Shown here in pieces: positions 37,777-47,503 of a stretch of DNA of 64,000 nucleotides (positions within the stretch are counted from its first letter, which is position 1; each line of letters opens with the position of its first letter). The notes under the pieces were generated by a model, which did no database searches, was not told the origin of the DNA, and was given only the letters and a program-made list of their open reading frames with translations. Where the stretch lies: the NCBI GenBank assembly GCA_964618165.1, contig CAZTWW010000001.1, positions 499 through 64,498 on the forward strand. The letters are read 5' to 3'. Made by a program: the position numbers and the translations under genes. Source of the DNA: an uncultured Candidatus Saccharibacteria bacterium (lineage in GTDB: Bacteria; Patescibacteriota; Minisyncoccia; Phycocordibacterales; UBA918).

Positions 37777-38211
37777 ATGATAGACAAGAATCAAATTGAG
37801 ACAATATTGAAAACTAATGGTATTCATCCAACTGCGCCTGATGAGGTTATTCGTTCTGTCCTCATTAGTGCCCGCTGGAACGACAATGATGTCGATACTG
37901 CCCTCATGGTTCTTAAAGAGAATACTGCGACAAATACCAGTCACGTTGATACGCTCCATCGTGTTTTTCATACTGATGAAAAGCTCTCGCCAGCAGACAT
38001 TAGTGCTATGTTGGGAGTAAAGGTGGCCATTGATGATAGTGACCTCAAAGATCTCCAAGCTGAACGTCGTCGAATCGAGAAGACTCAGATGCGTGCCTCT
38101 CTTATCCTGGCTTTCAGTATCGTGCTATTTGGGTTAACCTATCTATTGTATGTCGAAAAAGCTGGAGTTTTCCACCCGTCAGAAAATCCTCCTGTATCTC
38201 AGCCTCGCTAG
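37777..38211 (+). CDS. Hypothetical protein with C-terminal TM helix (144 aa)
   Basis: The ATG lies 2 nt after the upstream stop. TM helix LILAFSIVLFGLTYLLYV near the C-terminus. Confidence 0.6.
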   Translation: MIDKNQIETILKTNGIHPTAPDEVIRSVLISARWNDNDVDTALMVLKENTATNTSHVDTLHRVFHTDEKLSPADISAMLGVKVAIDDSDLKDLQAERRRIEKTQMRASLILAFSIVLFGLTYLLYVEKAGVFHPSENPPVSQPR

Positions 38212-39226
38212 TGCTGGGGTTGTACTTTTACTTATTCAGCTGTTTATTCCTGCCACCATCGTTACAGAAGTCACCTTTGACTCCCAAGTCCTAGAAGTAA
38301 CCCCAGTTCTTCCACCACCTCCAAAACCGCTAGTCATAAACTTTACCGGCGACATTATGCTCGGGCGACATGTCGAGGTGCTGCTCAACCGACATGGGCA
38401 TGGGTATGTGCGTGCGAGCAGTTCGCCTCTCTTACCACCCGCAGATGCGACGGTGGTAAACTTTGAAAGCGCAGTCGCCCTCCCGCACATCTCAACTCCG
38501 TCTGGTGGTATGCGCTTTTCGACTGATGTACGACATATCGCGCTCTTGCGCTCACTTGGGGTGACACACGCATCGTTGGCGAATAATCATGGACGCGATT
38601 ACGGACGTGATGGTCTTATGAATGCGTACAATGCTCTGGCGGATGAGCAGATAATCGCTTTTGGTGACCCAGTTTTGGTTGCTACCTCATCTCTCGTCAT
38701 TATTCCTGGTGAGATAGACACTGTTGGTGTGATTGGGATCCATACACTTTTTGGTATGCCGGACGTTGAGACACTCGGCACACTCATGACTGCTCTCATC
38801 GCCTCAAGCACGTATCAGGTGGCATATATCCATTGGGGTAATGAGTATGAGCTCGTTCATAGTGGAGCTCAGTCTGCCTTTGCTCGTCGATTGATTGGAC
38901 TTGGTGTCGATGCGATTATTGCCCACCATCCCCATGTGGTTCAGGATATACAGCTCATTGATGGTGTGCCAGTATTTTACTCACTCGGCAACTTTATCTT
39001 TGATCAGTACTTTAGCGATGATGTGCGTGAAGGTATGAATCTAACACTCACGCTTGCTACTACTACCGCAGCGTTTACTATCATTCCGCACGCACAGTGT
39101 GCGCTCGCAGTACCGTGTCCTCGTGATGCCACTTCAACAACGCGCTTCCTCGCAGCACTCGCAGACAGAAGTGAACCATCACTTCGAGAGCAAATAATGG
39201 CTCAAACTATCACTATTTCACGCTAG
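38150..39226 (+). CDS. CapA/PgsA-like metallophosphatase (poly-gamma-glutamate/capsule biosynthesis family), membrane-anchored
   Basis: N-terminal TM helix, then 'INFTGDIMLGRHV', 'HASLANNHGRDYG', 'IIAHHPHVVQ' and 'GNFIFDQYFSDD', which match the CapA calcineurin-like phosphoesterase motifs. The start at 38150 overlaps the previous ORF by 62 nt, so the true start is uncertain. Confidence 0.65.
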   Translation: MSKKLEFSTRQKILLYLSLASAGVVLLLIQLFIPATIVTEVTFDSQVLEVTPVLPPPPKPLVINFTGDIMLGRHVEVLLNRHGHGYVRASSSPLLPPADATVVNFESAVALPHISTPSGGMRFSTDVRHIALLRSLGVTHASLANNHGRDYGRDGLMNAYNALADEQIIAFGDPVLVATSSLVIIPGEIDTVGVIGIHTLFGMPDVETLGTLMTALIASSTYQVAYIHWGNEYELVHSGAQSAFARRLIGLGVDAIIAHHPHVVQDIQLIDGVPVFYSLGNFIFDQYFSDDVREGMNLTLTLATTTAAFTIIPHAQCALAVPCPRDATSTTRFLAALADRSEPSLREQIMAQTITISR

Positions 39227-39280
39227 TGGTTGCACGATAGCGGTCACCATCGTACTATTAGTACTACTAACTTTTTGTGT

Positions 39281-39823
39281 ATGTTTTCTAAGATAGAAAT
39301 TGCTGGTATTGCCCTCAGTGTCACCGCGATGACCGGTGCTCTCTATTTGATTACCAAAGACGACAGCAAGGTGGTTGTAAATGTTAATGATCAGATGGCA
39401 CAATCGGGTATGGTCTTTGTGTCTGATGAGGGTGACCCTGAAGCTAATCTCCGTAGCGCTATCATCAATGCAGCAGACGCAACTGGTAATCTCTCGAAGC
39501 TTGTGGTCGATGACGTGGTCATCGGTACCGGAGCTGAGGCAGCGGTAGGAGACACGGTAACCGTTCACTACATCGGAACACTCCAGAATGGTCAGGAGTT
39601 CGATAACTCAAATAAGCGCGGTGAGGCCTTCACATTCACCCTCGGCGAGAATAAGGTGATTGCCGGTTGGGAAGAGGGTATTCTTGGTATGAAGGCTGGA
39701 GGCAAGCGTATCCTCGTGATTCCGGCTGATAAGGCCTATGGTGCGAAGGGGTACGGCCCAATCCCTGGTGGAGCCAACCTGGTCTTCGCGATAGATCTCC
39801 TTGAGATTAAGTCAGGTAAATAA
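39281..39823 (+). CDS. FKBP-type peptidyl-prolyl cis-trans isomerase with N-terminal membrane anchor
   Basis: 'GDTVTVHYIGTLQNGQEFDNS...AFTFTLGENKVIAGWEEGILGMKAGGKRILVIPADKAYGAKG...GANLVFAIDLLEI' is the canonical FKBP domain. I chose the internal ATG at 39281 (MFSKIEIAGIAL...). Confidence 0.85.
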   Translation: MFSKIEIAGIALSVTAMTGALYLITKDDSKVVVNVNDQMAQSGMVFVSDEGDPEANLRSAIINAADATGNLSKLVVDDVVIGTGAEAAVGDTVTVHYIGTLQNGQEFDNSNKRGEAFTFTLGENKVIAGWEEGILGMKAGGKRILVIPADKAYGAKGYGPIPGGANLVFAIDLLEIKSGK

Positions 39824-39828
39824 GAAGA

Positions 39829-39856
39829 AGGCCCGGAGTTAATCCGGGCTTTTTCG
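39829..39856 (+). terminator. Intrinsic terminator after the FKBP gene
   Basis: Hairpin GCCCGGAGTTAATCCGGGC followed by TTTTTCG. Confidence 0.8.
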
Positions 39857-39894
39857 TGCAGATTTCTCCAAATACGCTATACTCGAACCCATCT

Positions 39895-41142
39895 ATGTCA
39901 CAGCGACCAGTATGGTTTGAAACCGAGGCTACCAGCACTAAGAATCTCGCTCGAGCGGGGGTTATTCATACACCACATGGTGATATTCATACACCAGCGT
40001 TTGTAGTGGTGGGTACCAAGGCCTCGGTCAAATCCCTCATGCCTGAGGATCTTACCCAGTACGTGGGGAACGAGGTAACACTCGCGAATACCTACCACCT
40101 TTTCCTCCAGCCAGGACATGAGGTCATTAAAGCTGGTGGGGGACTCAATGAATTTGCCAAGTGGCAGACACCGACCATGACCGACTCAGGCGGATTCCAG
40201 GTGTTTAGTCTTGGCGCTGCCTTCGGAAAAGGGGTGACCAAGTTCGCCAAAGGCGAGGTCGAGGAGACTGATGAGCTCCCGGTCAAGAAAGGGCTCAATG
40301 TGTACAGTCAGAAGTACGCCGAAGATCACGGCAAGCTCTGTATCATTGATGAAGAAGGGGTGACCTTCACCTCACATCTTGATGGCTCGATGCATCGCTT
40401 CACCGCCGAGCGGAGTATCGATATTCAGCATGCCATTGGGGCAGATATTATTGTTGCGTTTGATGAATGTACGAGCCCAACTGCGGATTATGAATACCAA
40501 AAAGAGGCAATGGACCGTACGCACCGCTGGGCGAAGCGAAGCATCCTCGCCCATAAGCAAAATTACGAAGCCTTAAAGAAGCAAGGTCTCTACGGCGTCA
40601 TTCAAGGTGGTCGTTTTATGGACTTACGGCAGGAGAGTGCTCGTGTGCTCTCCGATATGGATTTTGATGGTTTTGGGATTGGCGGTAGCTTCAGTAAAGA
40701 GGATCTCGGAGACTCGCTTAAGGTAGTGAATGAGATTCTTCCAGACGATAAACCACGACACCTCCTTGGTATTGGTGAACCAGAGGATATTGTGCAGGGT
40801 ATCCTCCAGGGTTGCGATACCTTTGACTGTGTCGCTCCAACCCGCATTGGTCGCACTGGCACGATTTACGTGCATACCGGTAACATGGTGACGACACCAT
40901 GTGGTACTTTTACCTACCCAGAGACTAAGAAGCTCAATCTCCGCAATGCCCAGTACGTTAACGACCATACGCCACTCGATCCACTCTCAACTGGCTATGT
41001 CGCGCAGAAGTACACGAAGGCCTATGTCGCACACCTCTTCCGGGCTGGTGAGATTCTCGGACCACACCTCGCCTCAATCCATAACCTCAACTTCATCGTC
41101 AACTTCACAAAGAATTTACGCGAACAGCTTCTTCAAAAGTAG
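39895..41142 (+). CDS. tgt: Queuine tRNA-ribosyltransferase (Tgt) homolog that lacks the CxCxxC zinc-site cysteines
   Basis: 'TPAFVVVGTKASVKSL', 'TDSGGFQVFSL', 'HAIGADIIVAFDECT', 'LYGVIQGG' and 'LLGIGEPEDI' match Tgt. At the position where I expect the zinc-binding CxCxxC, the sequence reads 'PLDPLSTGYVAQKYTKAYVAHL'. The start could instead be 39856. TATACT lies about 12 nt upstream. Confidence 0.8.
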   Translation: MSQRPVWFETEATSTKNLARAGVIHTPHGDIHTPAFVVVGTKASVKSLMPEDLTQYVGNEVTLANTYHLFLQPGHEVIKAGGGLNEFAKWQTPTMTDSGGFQVFSLGAAFGKGVTKFAKGEVEETDELPVKKGLNVYSQKYAEDHGKLCIIDEEGVTFTSHLDGSMHRFTAERSIDIQHAIGADIIVAFDECTSPTADYEYQKEAMDRTHRWAKRSILAHKQNYEALKKQGLYGVIQGGRFMDLRQESARVLSDMDFDGFGIGGSFSKEDLGDSLKVVNEILPDDKPRHLLGIGEPEDIVQGILQGCDTFDCVAPTRIGRTGTIYVHTGNMVTTPCGTFTYPETKKLNLRNAQYVNDHTPLDPLSTGYVAQKYTKAYVAHLFRAGEILGPHLASIHNLNFIVNFTKNLREQLLQK

Positions 41143-41223
41143 CTATAGGATAACCTCAAAAAGTTGAAGCCGGCTTGAGTTTGTGGGTTTATATTTTGAG
41201 TCTAGCGCGGTATACTCAGCAGC

Positions 41224-43368
41224 ATGATATTTGACCTCTCAACCGAAAAGACGCCGGCGGGCGATCAGCCACAGGCGATTGAACGTCTCGTTGCTGGTGT
41301 CCGCGCCGGGAAGCGTCACCAGACGCTGCTTGGTGTCACTGGCTCTGGTAAGACCTTCACGGGAGCGAATGTTATCGCACAGATCGAGAAGCCAACCCTC
41401 GTCATAGCCCACAATAAGACCCTGGCTGCTCAGCTCGCGCAAGAGTACCGTGATTTTTTCCCGAACAATGCCGTCCATTACTTCGTTTCGTACTACGACT
41501 ACTACCAGCCAGAGGCATATATGCCGACGAGCGATACCTACATCGAAAAAGAAGCGCAAATCAATGAGGAGATTGATCGTCTCCGTCACGCCTCAACTCA
41601 GGCTCTCCTTACCCGACCAGATGTGATCATAGTGGCATCAGTATCGTGTATCTACGGTCTCGGCTCGCCAGTAGAGTACGAGAAGAAGCACAAGAAGATT
41701 GAACGAGGCTTTCCTATTACGCGGACAGATATGCTCCGTCTCCTTATCGATATGTACTTTGAGCGGACAAATGCCGATCTTACGCCGGGGCAGTTCCGTG
41801 CTATTGGAAATACGGTTGAAATCATGCCGACGAATGAACGGGTTATTGTCCGCCTTGGGTACCAGGGGGCAGCCGTCTCCTCAATCACGAAGATTGATGC
41901 GGTGACGCGTGAGATTATTGCCGAGCTCGACGTTTTCTTCCTCTTCCCAGCCAAGCACTTCGTCTCACCTGAAGACGAGCGTAAGGTGGCATATGAGGAT
42001 ATCAAGCTTGAGCTTGAAGAACAGCTGAAGAAATTCAAAGCTGAAGGTAAGCTTCTCGAAGCGGAGCGTCTTCGTCGGCGCACCGAGCACGATCTCGCGC
42101 TTATTCGAGAGGTCGGATACTGTAACGGTATTGAGAATTATTCACGACACTTTGATCGGCGAAAGCCGGGTGAGGCGCCGTACACGCTCATCGACTATTT
42201 CCCGCATCTCCCCGATGGTACACCAGACTTCCTCACCATTATCGATGAGTCTCACGTAACCCTGCCACAGATTGGTGGTATGTATGCTGGTGACCGTAGT
42301 CGTAAGGATACCCTGGTCGACTTTGGATTCCGTCTTCCGAGCGCAGTTGATAATCGTCCGCTTAAGTTTGAAGAATTTGAAGCCAAGATTGGTGAGTGCA
42401 TCTATACGTCAGCGACACCCGGCAAGTATGAGTTCGAGCATTGTTGTCCGATTGGTGCAGTCGGCGAAGGGAAGCAGAGTAAGAGTGGTACTGAGAGTCA
42501 AGCAGCCTACTTCCGTGGAGTAGATATCAATCGCTGTGTGGCAGAAGGCGATGTGGTTGAACAGATTATCCGCCCGACTGGGCTTATTGACCCCTATATC
42601 GATATGCGCCCAGTGACCGAGAAGGGTGATTACCCAGGTCAGATTAAAGACTTCATTGAAGAATCGGTGAAGGTCATTGCTGGTGGCGCTCGTGTTCTCA
42701 CGACTACGCTCACTAAGAAGATGGCAGAAGATCTCTCCGAGTTCCTCACCGAACGTGGTATCAAGACGAAGTATATCCATAGCGATGTAGAGACCCTTGA
42801 GCGTATCGAGACCCTCACTGATTTCCGTAAAGGGAAGTTTGATTGTCTCGTGGGGGTTAACCTCCTCCGTGAAGGACTCGACCTCCCTGAGGTAGAGCTC
42901 GTCGCAATTCTTGATGCCGATAAAGCGGGCTTCCTCCGCAGTGAGACCGCGCTCATTCAGACTATCGGTCGTGCTGCCCGTAACGTAAATGGACGCGTCA
43001 TTCTCTATGCTGATGAGATGACTGATGCGCTCACCTACGCGGTCAATGAAACTAACCGTCGTCGTAGCCTCCAGATGACCTACAACGAAAAGCATGGCAT
43101 CACCCCTAAGACTATTGCGAAGGAGATTAAATCAATTGCCGACCAGCTCCGTACCCAGCACGATGAGACGGTTGATACGATGCTCAAGGTCGATATGGAG
43201 CTCTTCAAGCGAAATCCCGCCAAGGTCCTCAAGGAGAAACGTCAGCAGATGGCAGATGCTGTCTCTATCCTCGATTTTGAAACAGCCGCTATCATCCGCG
43301 ACGAAATTGCCTACCTTGAAGCCGAAGCCGCCGGCAAAACCAAAAAATCAAAGAAAACCCTTATGTAA
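41224..43368 (+). CDS. uvrB: Excinuclease ABC subunit B (UvrB)
   Basis: 'LLGVTGSGKTFT', beta-hairpin region, helicase motifs 'DESHVT' and 'TATPG', and a C-terminal UVR motif 'LDFETAAIIRDEIAYLE'. 714 aa. Confidence 0.95.
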   Translation: MIFDLSTEKTPAGDQPQAIERLVAGVRAGKRHQTLLGVTGSGKTFTGANVIAQIEKPTLVIAHNKTLAAQLAQEYRDFFPNNAVHYFVSYYDYYQPEAYMPTSDTYIEKEAQINEEIDRLRHASTQALLTRPDVIIVASVSCIYGLGSPVEYEKKHKKIERGFPITRTDMLRLLIDMYFERTNADLTPGQFRAIGNTVEIMPTNERVIVRLGYQGAAVSSITKIDAVTREIIAELDVFFLFPAKHFVSPEDERKVAYEDIKLELEEQLKKFKAEGKLLEAERLRRRTEHDLALIREVGYCNGIENYSRHFDRRKPGEAPYTLIDYFPHLPDGTPDFLTIIDESHVTLPQIGGMYAGDRSRKDTLVDFGFRLPSAVDNRPLKFEEFEAKIGECIYTSATPGKYEFEHCCPIGAVGEGKQSKSGTESQAAYFRGVDINRCVAEGDVVEQIIRPTGLIDPYIDMRPVTEKGDYPGQIKDFIEESVKVIAGGARVLTTTLTKKMAEDLSEFLTERGIKTKYIHSDVETLERIETLTDFRKGKFDCLVGVNLLREGLDLPEVELVAILDADKAGFLRSETALIQTIGRAARNVNGRVILYADEMTDALTYAVNETNRRRSLQMTYNEKHGITPKTIAKEIKSIADQLRTQHDETVDTMLKVDMELFKRNPAKVLKEKRQQMADAVSILDFETAAIIRDEIAYLEAEAAGKTKKSKKTLM

Positions 43369-43372
43369 CAGT

Positions 43373-43400
43373 GCCCTCCCTAGGCCGGTCCTAGGGAGGG
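43373..43400. repeat. Palindromic element CCCTCCCTAGG-ccggt-CCTAGGGAGGG (copy 1)
   Basis: A perfect 11-bp-arm hairpin lies 5 nt after the uvrB stop. A near-identical copy is at 44036-44062. Confidence 0.7.
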
Positions 43401-43440
43401 TGTTTACAGTAACAGTAACGTACAAAAACTAACTATTACT

Positions 43441-43581
43441 ATGCGACCATATCATAAGTCATCATATGTGGGAGGGATTGCGTTCGGACTGGTATTTATC
43501 GGAATTATTTTTGGCTTTAAAGGTGTTGTTATTGCTGTAAGTATTATAATTTTTCTTATGTACCGAGCATTTAAGAGGTGA
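43441..43581 (+). CDS. Possible 46-aa hydrophobic miniprotein (MRPYHKSSYVGGIAFGLVFIGIIFGFKGVVIAVSIIIFLMYRAFKR)
   Basis: I translated this ORF manually. It has a single TM helix and a basic C-terminus and lies between the two palindromic elements. No SD is present, but TATTACT directly precedes the ATG, so it could be leaderless. Speculative. Confidence 0.3.
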   Translation: MRPYHKSSYVGGIAFGLVFIGIIFGFKGVVIAVSIIIFLMYRAFKR

Positions 43582-43687
43582 GTTGATAACATGCAAGAAG
43601 CATAGCTGTTGCTAAAATAGACTGCTAGCAATTGAGCATTGTCTTAAAATACGTTACAGTACTTTTGGATATAAAGGAGGTATAATC

Positions 43688-43996
43688 ATGACCACACTGA
43701 CTCATCGTGGACTTATCTTGGCAGGTATTGGTCGAGAGGTGGACTGGAGGCGTCGCTACCGGACACTCGTCCATATGTCTGTCCGACACACGATATTCTG
43801 TCGGACCCGGATTGGTCTACCGGCGCCTACCTACCAGCAAGTCAAAGTGATGCTTCGTCGTCATGCGATGTTCTATTTTGGTGTCGGTACCTTGCGTGAA
43901 TGGCTGGTCGAAATGCGTGCGAATCGTGATTACTTTGAACACTGTGAGAGTTTTCCGAATGCTGCCGACGACGACCTCATACTGTCTAACGACTAG
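43688..43996 (+). CDS. Hypothetical protein (102 aa), Arg-rich, unknown function
   Basis: A strong SD AAGGAGG plus TATAAT lie upstream. An intrinsic terminator follows at 44006-44038. Confidence 0.6.
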   Translation: MTTLTHRGLILAGIGREVDWRRRYRTLVHMSVRHTIFCRTRIGLPAPTYQQVKVMLRRHAMFYFGVGTLREWLVEMRANRDYFEHCESFPNAADDDLILSND

Positions 43997-44005
43997 CATC
44001 TAAAG

Positions 44006-44038
44006 CACCCGGGTAATTACCCGGGTGTCGTCTTTACC
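44006..44038 (+). terminator. Intrinsic terminator after the 102-aa ORF
   Basis: Hairpin CACCCGGGTAATTACCCGGGTG followed by a TCGTCTTTA U-tract. Confidence 0.7.
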
Positions 44039-44062
44039 TCCCTAGGCCGGTCCTAGGGAAGG
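44036..44062. repeat. Palindromic element CTCCCTAGG-ccggt-CCTAGGGAAGG (copy 2)
   Basis: Its 22-nt core is identical to the copy at 43373-43400. Together the two copies bracket the small-ORF cassette between uvrB and uvrA. Confidence 0.7.
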
Positions 44063-44155
44063 TTTGCTGCTTTTTATAATGACTGCTGTCTGCTATACTC
44101 ATACCTATAAACCACTACCACCGTGCAGTGGCGTTTCGTATATTTATTGGGGTAA

Positions 44156-46810
44156 TTGTTGACTATGGCACAAGACAAAAAAGGTGACGGGAAGAAGGTC
44201 ATACGGACCAATATGGACGATCGGTCACAAAAGATCATCGTGCGTGGTGCTCGTACCCACAACCTCAAGGACATCACAGTCGAAATGCCACGTGGTGCCA
44301 TGGTCGCTATTACCGGGCCATCTGGCTCTGGTAAGTCTTCACTCGCGTTTGACACCATCTTTGCGGAGGGGCAACGTCGCTATGTTGAATCGCTCTCACC
44401 ATATGCTCGCCAATTTCTCAACAAAATGCAGAAGCCTGATGTCGATGAGATATCTGGTCTCTCACCAGCTATCTCGATTGACCAGAAGTCGGCGAGTCGT
44501 AATCCACGCTCAACAGTGGCGACCATTACCGAAATCTACGACTACCTCCGTATCCTCTACGCGCGTGTCGGGCAACCGTACTGTCTTGATGTTGATGTCC
44601 CGATCCAGAAGATGTCTCAGGACGAAATCCTTCGGGTTGTCCTTGATTCTATCGAGTCTAAAGAGGTGAAGAGTGCCACGAAAGCCCAGTCACAAAAGGT
44701 GATGGGGATTGAGGTCTCGAAGGGACGGGTGGTGGTGTTTGCACCAGTGGTGGTCGGACGTAAGGGTGAGTACTATCAACTTCTTTATGATCTCCTTGGT
44801 AAAGGCTTTGAAACGATTAAAGTGGACGGGGAAGTGAAGCAACTCCGTGAACGGATTGAGCTGTCAAAAACGAAACGACATGACATCGATGTACTCATCG
44901 ACGAGATTTATGTGAGTGAATTCACCGATGATCCGAAAGGTTCGCGTGAACGTCTCTCAGAGGCAGTCGAGGTCGCCTTAGGTCTTGCCAATGGTCTTGT
45001 TAAAATCGAGTCGCCAGACGGTACCTCACGCATGCTCTCGGCGAAGTTTATTTGTCCAGTTGATGGGTCATCGTTCCCTGAGGTAGAACCTCGTCTCTTC
45101 TCGTTTAACTCACCGTATGGTGCTTGTCCTGAGTGTAACGGACTCGGTGTGGTTGGTATCTTCCAGAGTGATGTCTGTCCGGTCTGTGAAGGGGCACGAC
45201 TCCGTAAAGAAGCACTTCGTGTCTACCTCGGTGGTAGCGACAAATCACTTGGTATCAATATCGTGCAGTTCACTGCGATGACCGTCAAGGAAGCGACGAA
45301 GTTCATTGAGGAACTGAAACTCACGAAGCATCAGCAAGAAATCGCCTGGCCGGCACTACGTGAAGTTATCGAACGCCTCGAGTTCATGAATAATGTTGGT
45401 ATTGAGTATCTTACCCTTGATAGACGAGCTAACACGCTCTCCGGTGGCGAGGCGCAACGTATTCGTCTCGCGTCTCAGCTTGGATCGGGCCTCGTGGGTG
45501 CGCTGTATGTGCTTGATGAGCCGACTATCGGCCTCCATCAGCGCGATAACGACCGCCTCATCAAGACACTCACCGAACTCCGTGACCTCGGTAACACCAT
45601 CATCGTGGTTGAACACGATGAAGACACGATCTATGCCTCAGACTACATCGTCGACATTGGCCCTGGCGCCGGCGTGCATGGAGGTAACGTGGTGGTCTCT
45701 GGTTGGCTTGAGGACCTCCTTAAAGCGAAGAAGAATGACTCTGGCTCATCGACCTTGGCCTACCTGCGACACGAAAAGAAGATTCAGATACCAGACCGCC
45801 GAGATAGCGAAAAAGGCTCTATCAAAATAAAAGGAGGAAAAGCCTTTAATATCAAGAATCTCAATGTCGATATCCCGCTCGGACGCCTCATCTGTGTCAC
45901 CGGTGTATCTGGTTCGGGTAAGTCGACCTTCATGTACGAAATAGTCGATAAGAACCTTAAGGCTCGCCTCGAGAAAAAGTACCGCAGTCCAAAGACGTAC
46001 AACTGTTCATCGTTTACCGGGACTGAGTACCTCGGTCGCTCAATCCTCATTGACCAATCACCAATTGGTCGTACGCCACGCAGTAACCCAGCGACATACA
46101 CTGGCTCCTTCTCGCACATCCGTGACCTCTTTGCCGCCACTGGCGAGGCCCGTGCACGCGGGTGGAAGCCCGGCCGCTTCTCGTTTAACGTGAAGGGTGG
46201 TCGCTGTGAAGCGTGTCAGGGTAATGGAGAGATTGCGGTAGAGATGCACTTCCTCCCGACCGTGTTTGTGGAGTGTGATGTGTGTGAGGGTAAGCGCTTC
46301 ACGAAGGAGACACTTGAGGTCACCTACCGCAAAAAGAATATCCACCAAATCCTCGAGATGACCATTGAGGAGGCGTATGAATTCTTCAAAGATGTTCCAG
46401 CCATCGAGGAGCGCCTCAAAACCCTCCTCGATGTCGGACTCTCGTACCTGAAGCTTGGTCAGAGTGCGACCACGCTCTCTGGCGGTGAGGCACAGCGTGT
46501 AAAGATTGCGTCTGAGCTCTACAAACCACATACGCAGAAGACCCTCTACATGCTTGATGAGCCTACCATTGGTCTCCACTACGATGATGTCCGTAAACTC
46601 ATTGAGATTCTCCAAGAGCTCGTGAATAAGGGGAATACGGTGATGGTGATTGAGCACAACCTCGACCTCGTGAAGTGTGCCGACTACATCATCGATATTG
46701 GCCCTGAAGGTGGCGCTGGTGGCGGTGAAGTCATCGCCAAAGGGACACCCGAGCAAGTGGCCGAAAATCCGAAGTCTCATACCGGTAAATACCTTAAGAA
46801 CGTGCTCTAG
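44156..46810 (+). CDS. uvrA: Excinuclease ABC subunit A (UvrA)
   Basis: Two ABC modules ([10 protein letters not shown] and [10 protein letters not shown]; [12 protein letters not shown] and [12 protein letters not shown]), zinc-finger cysteines (CPVDGS...CPEC; CEACQG...CDVC) and the C-terminal 'HTGKYL'. A TATACT -10 lies at 44094-44099. Confidence 0.95.
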   Translation: MLTMAQDKKGDGKKVIRTNMDDRSQKIIVRGARTHNLKDITVEMPRGAMVAITGPSGSGKSSLAFDTIFAEGQRRYVESLSPYARQFLNKMQKPDVDEISGLSPAISIDQKSASRNPRSTVATITEIYDYLRILYARVGQPYCLDVDVPIQKMSQDEILRVVLDSIESKEVKSATKAQSQKVMGIEVSKGRVVVFAPVVVGRKGEYYQLLYDLLGKGFETIKVDGEVKQLRERIELSKTKRHDIDVLIDEIYVSEFTDDPKGSRERLSEAVEVALGLANGLVKIESPDGTSRMLSAKFICPVDGSSFPEVEPRLFSFNSPYGACPECNGLGVVGIFQSDVCPVCEGARLRKEALRVYLGGSDKSLGINIVQFTAMTVKEATKFIEELKLTKHQQEIAWPALREVIERLEFMNNVGIEYLTLDRRANTLSGGEAQRIRLASQLGSGLVGALYVLDEPTIGLHQRDNDRLIKTLTELRDLGNTIIVVEHDEDTIYASDYIVDIGPGAGVHGGNVVVSGWLEDLLKAKKNDSGSSTLAYLRHEKKIQIPDRRDSEKGSIKIKGGKAFNIKNLNVDIPLGRLICVTGVSGSGKSTFMYEIVDKNLKARLEKKYRSPKTYNCSSFTGTEYLGRSILIDQSPIGRTPRSNPATYTGSFSHIRDLFAATGEARARGWKPGRFSFNVKGGRCEACQGNGEIAVEMHFLPTVFVECDVCEGKRFTKETLEVTYRKKNIHQILEMTIEEAYEFFKDVPAIEERLKTLLDVGLSYLKLGQSATTLSGGEAQRVKIASELYKPHTQKTLYMLDEPTIGLHYDDVRKLIEILQELVNKGNTVMVIEHNLDLVKCADYIIDIGPEGGAGGGEVIAKGTPEQVAENPKSHTGKYLKNVL

Positions 46811-46821
46811 GTCTCATAAGC

Positions 46822-46856
46822 AAAACCACCGCGTCACGAGACGTGGTGGTTTTGTT
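46822..46856 (+). terminator. Intrinsic terminator after uvrA
   Basis: Hairpin AAAACCACCGCGTC-acgag-ACGTGGTGGTTTT (one mismatch) followed by GTT. Confidence 0.7.
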
Positions 46857-46932
46857 ATACACGAGCTGATTGTTGCGCTTCAAAAAGACGGGAGTACAAT
46901 GCACCACGGAAACAGTGAAAGGGGGATACAAG

Positions 46933-47085
46933 ATGACCCAAGCCGGTGACAACGAGGAACCTGAGCGCCAGAAGCGTGAAAAGTCGAAGCAGCAGCAGGG
47001 AGAAGATTCGACCAAGCAGTCCGAAACATCCTCCAAGAATGACCGCGAGCAGATGAATGAATACATCCGCCAGCTGTATGGCTGA
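46933..47085 (+). CDS. Small highly charged protein (50 aa), unknown
   Basis: SD GAAAGGGGGAT lies 7 nt upstream of the ATG at 46933. The protein is Lys/Glu/Gln-rich. The terminator at 47181-47212 (GCCCGCCAG-cttgt-CTGGCGG + TTTT) lies downstream. Confidence 0.45.
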   Translation: MTQAGDNEEPERQKREKSKQQQGEDSTKQSETSSKNDREQMNEYIRQLYG

Positions 47086-47180
47086 GCTCATGCAGTCTCA
47101 ATCGACACCGCCACCCGATCCACGTGGTCGTGACGTTGTACCCACCCACGCTACCTATGAACGTGGCTGATACGAAACGA

Positions 47181-47212
47181 AGCCCGCCAGCTTGTCTGGC
47201 GGTTTTCCTTTA
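47181..47212 (+). terminator. Intrinsic terminator
   Basis: GCCCGCCAGcttgtCTGGCGG followed by TTTTCCTTT. Confidence 0.7.
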
Positions 47213-47267
47213 TCCATATAAATCGTTATGCTAGTCTATAGATAGTCGACCAGATACGGAGGGTGTC

Positions 47268-47450
47268 ATGAAGTACCTGCGGTACATGGTAGCGAGTTCT
47301 TTCTATCTCACTTTTATTGGCTGCTTATTACTCGGTTCTGTCTCGCTTTCTACCGGCGGGAAAGAGTTCTTTGATGGAGTACTGTACTTTATCTTGGCAT
47401 TTATTGCTCTTGCTGCTGGTGTAAAGATTACAAACAAGCAGAACGACTAA
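47268..47450 (+). CDS. Small two-TM membrane protein (60 aa)
   Basis: SD ACGGAGGGTG precedes the ATG. Two hydrophobic helices. The terminator at 47449-47483 follows immediately. Confidence 0.5.
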   Translation: MKYLRYMVASSFYLTFIGCLLLGSVSLSTGGKEFFDGVLYFILAFIALAAGVKITNKQND

Positions 47451-47483
47451 CCGCCCCAGCACCGATGATTGGGGCGGTTTTTG
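47449..47483 (+). terminator. Intrinsic terminator
   Basis: CCGCCCCAGCAccgatgaTTGGGGCGG followed by TTTTTGATTT. Confidence 0.8.
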
Positions 47484-47487
47484 ATTT

Positions 47488-47496
47488 GTGGTAGAG
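47488..47496 (+). promoter_or_regulatory. Extended -10 element TGGTAGAGT 7 nt upstream of the uvrC ATG
   Basis: A TGnTAnAnT motif. The spacing implies a leaderless uvrC transcript. Confidence 0.4.
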
Positions 47497-47503
47497 TACC
47501 CGT

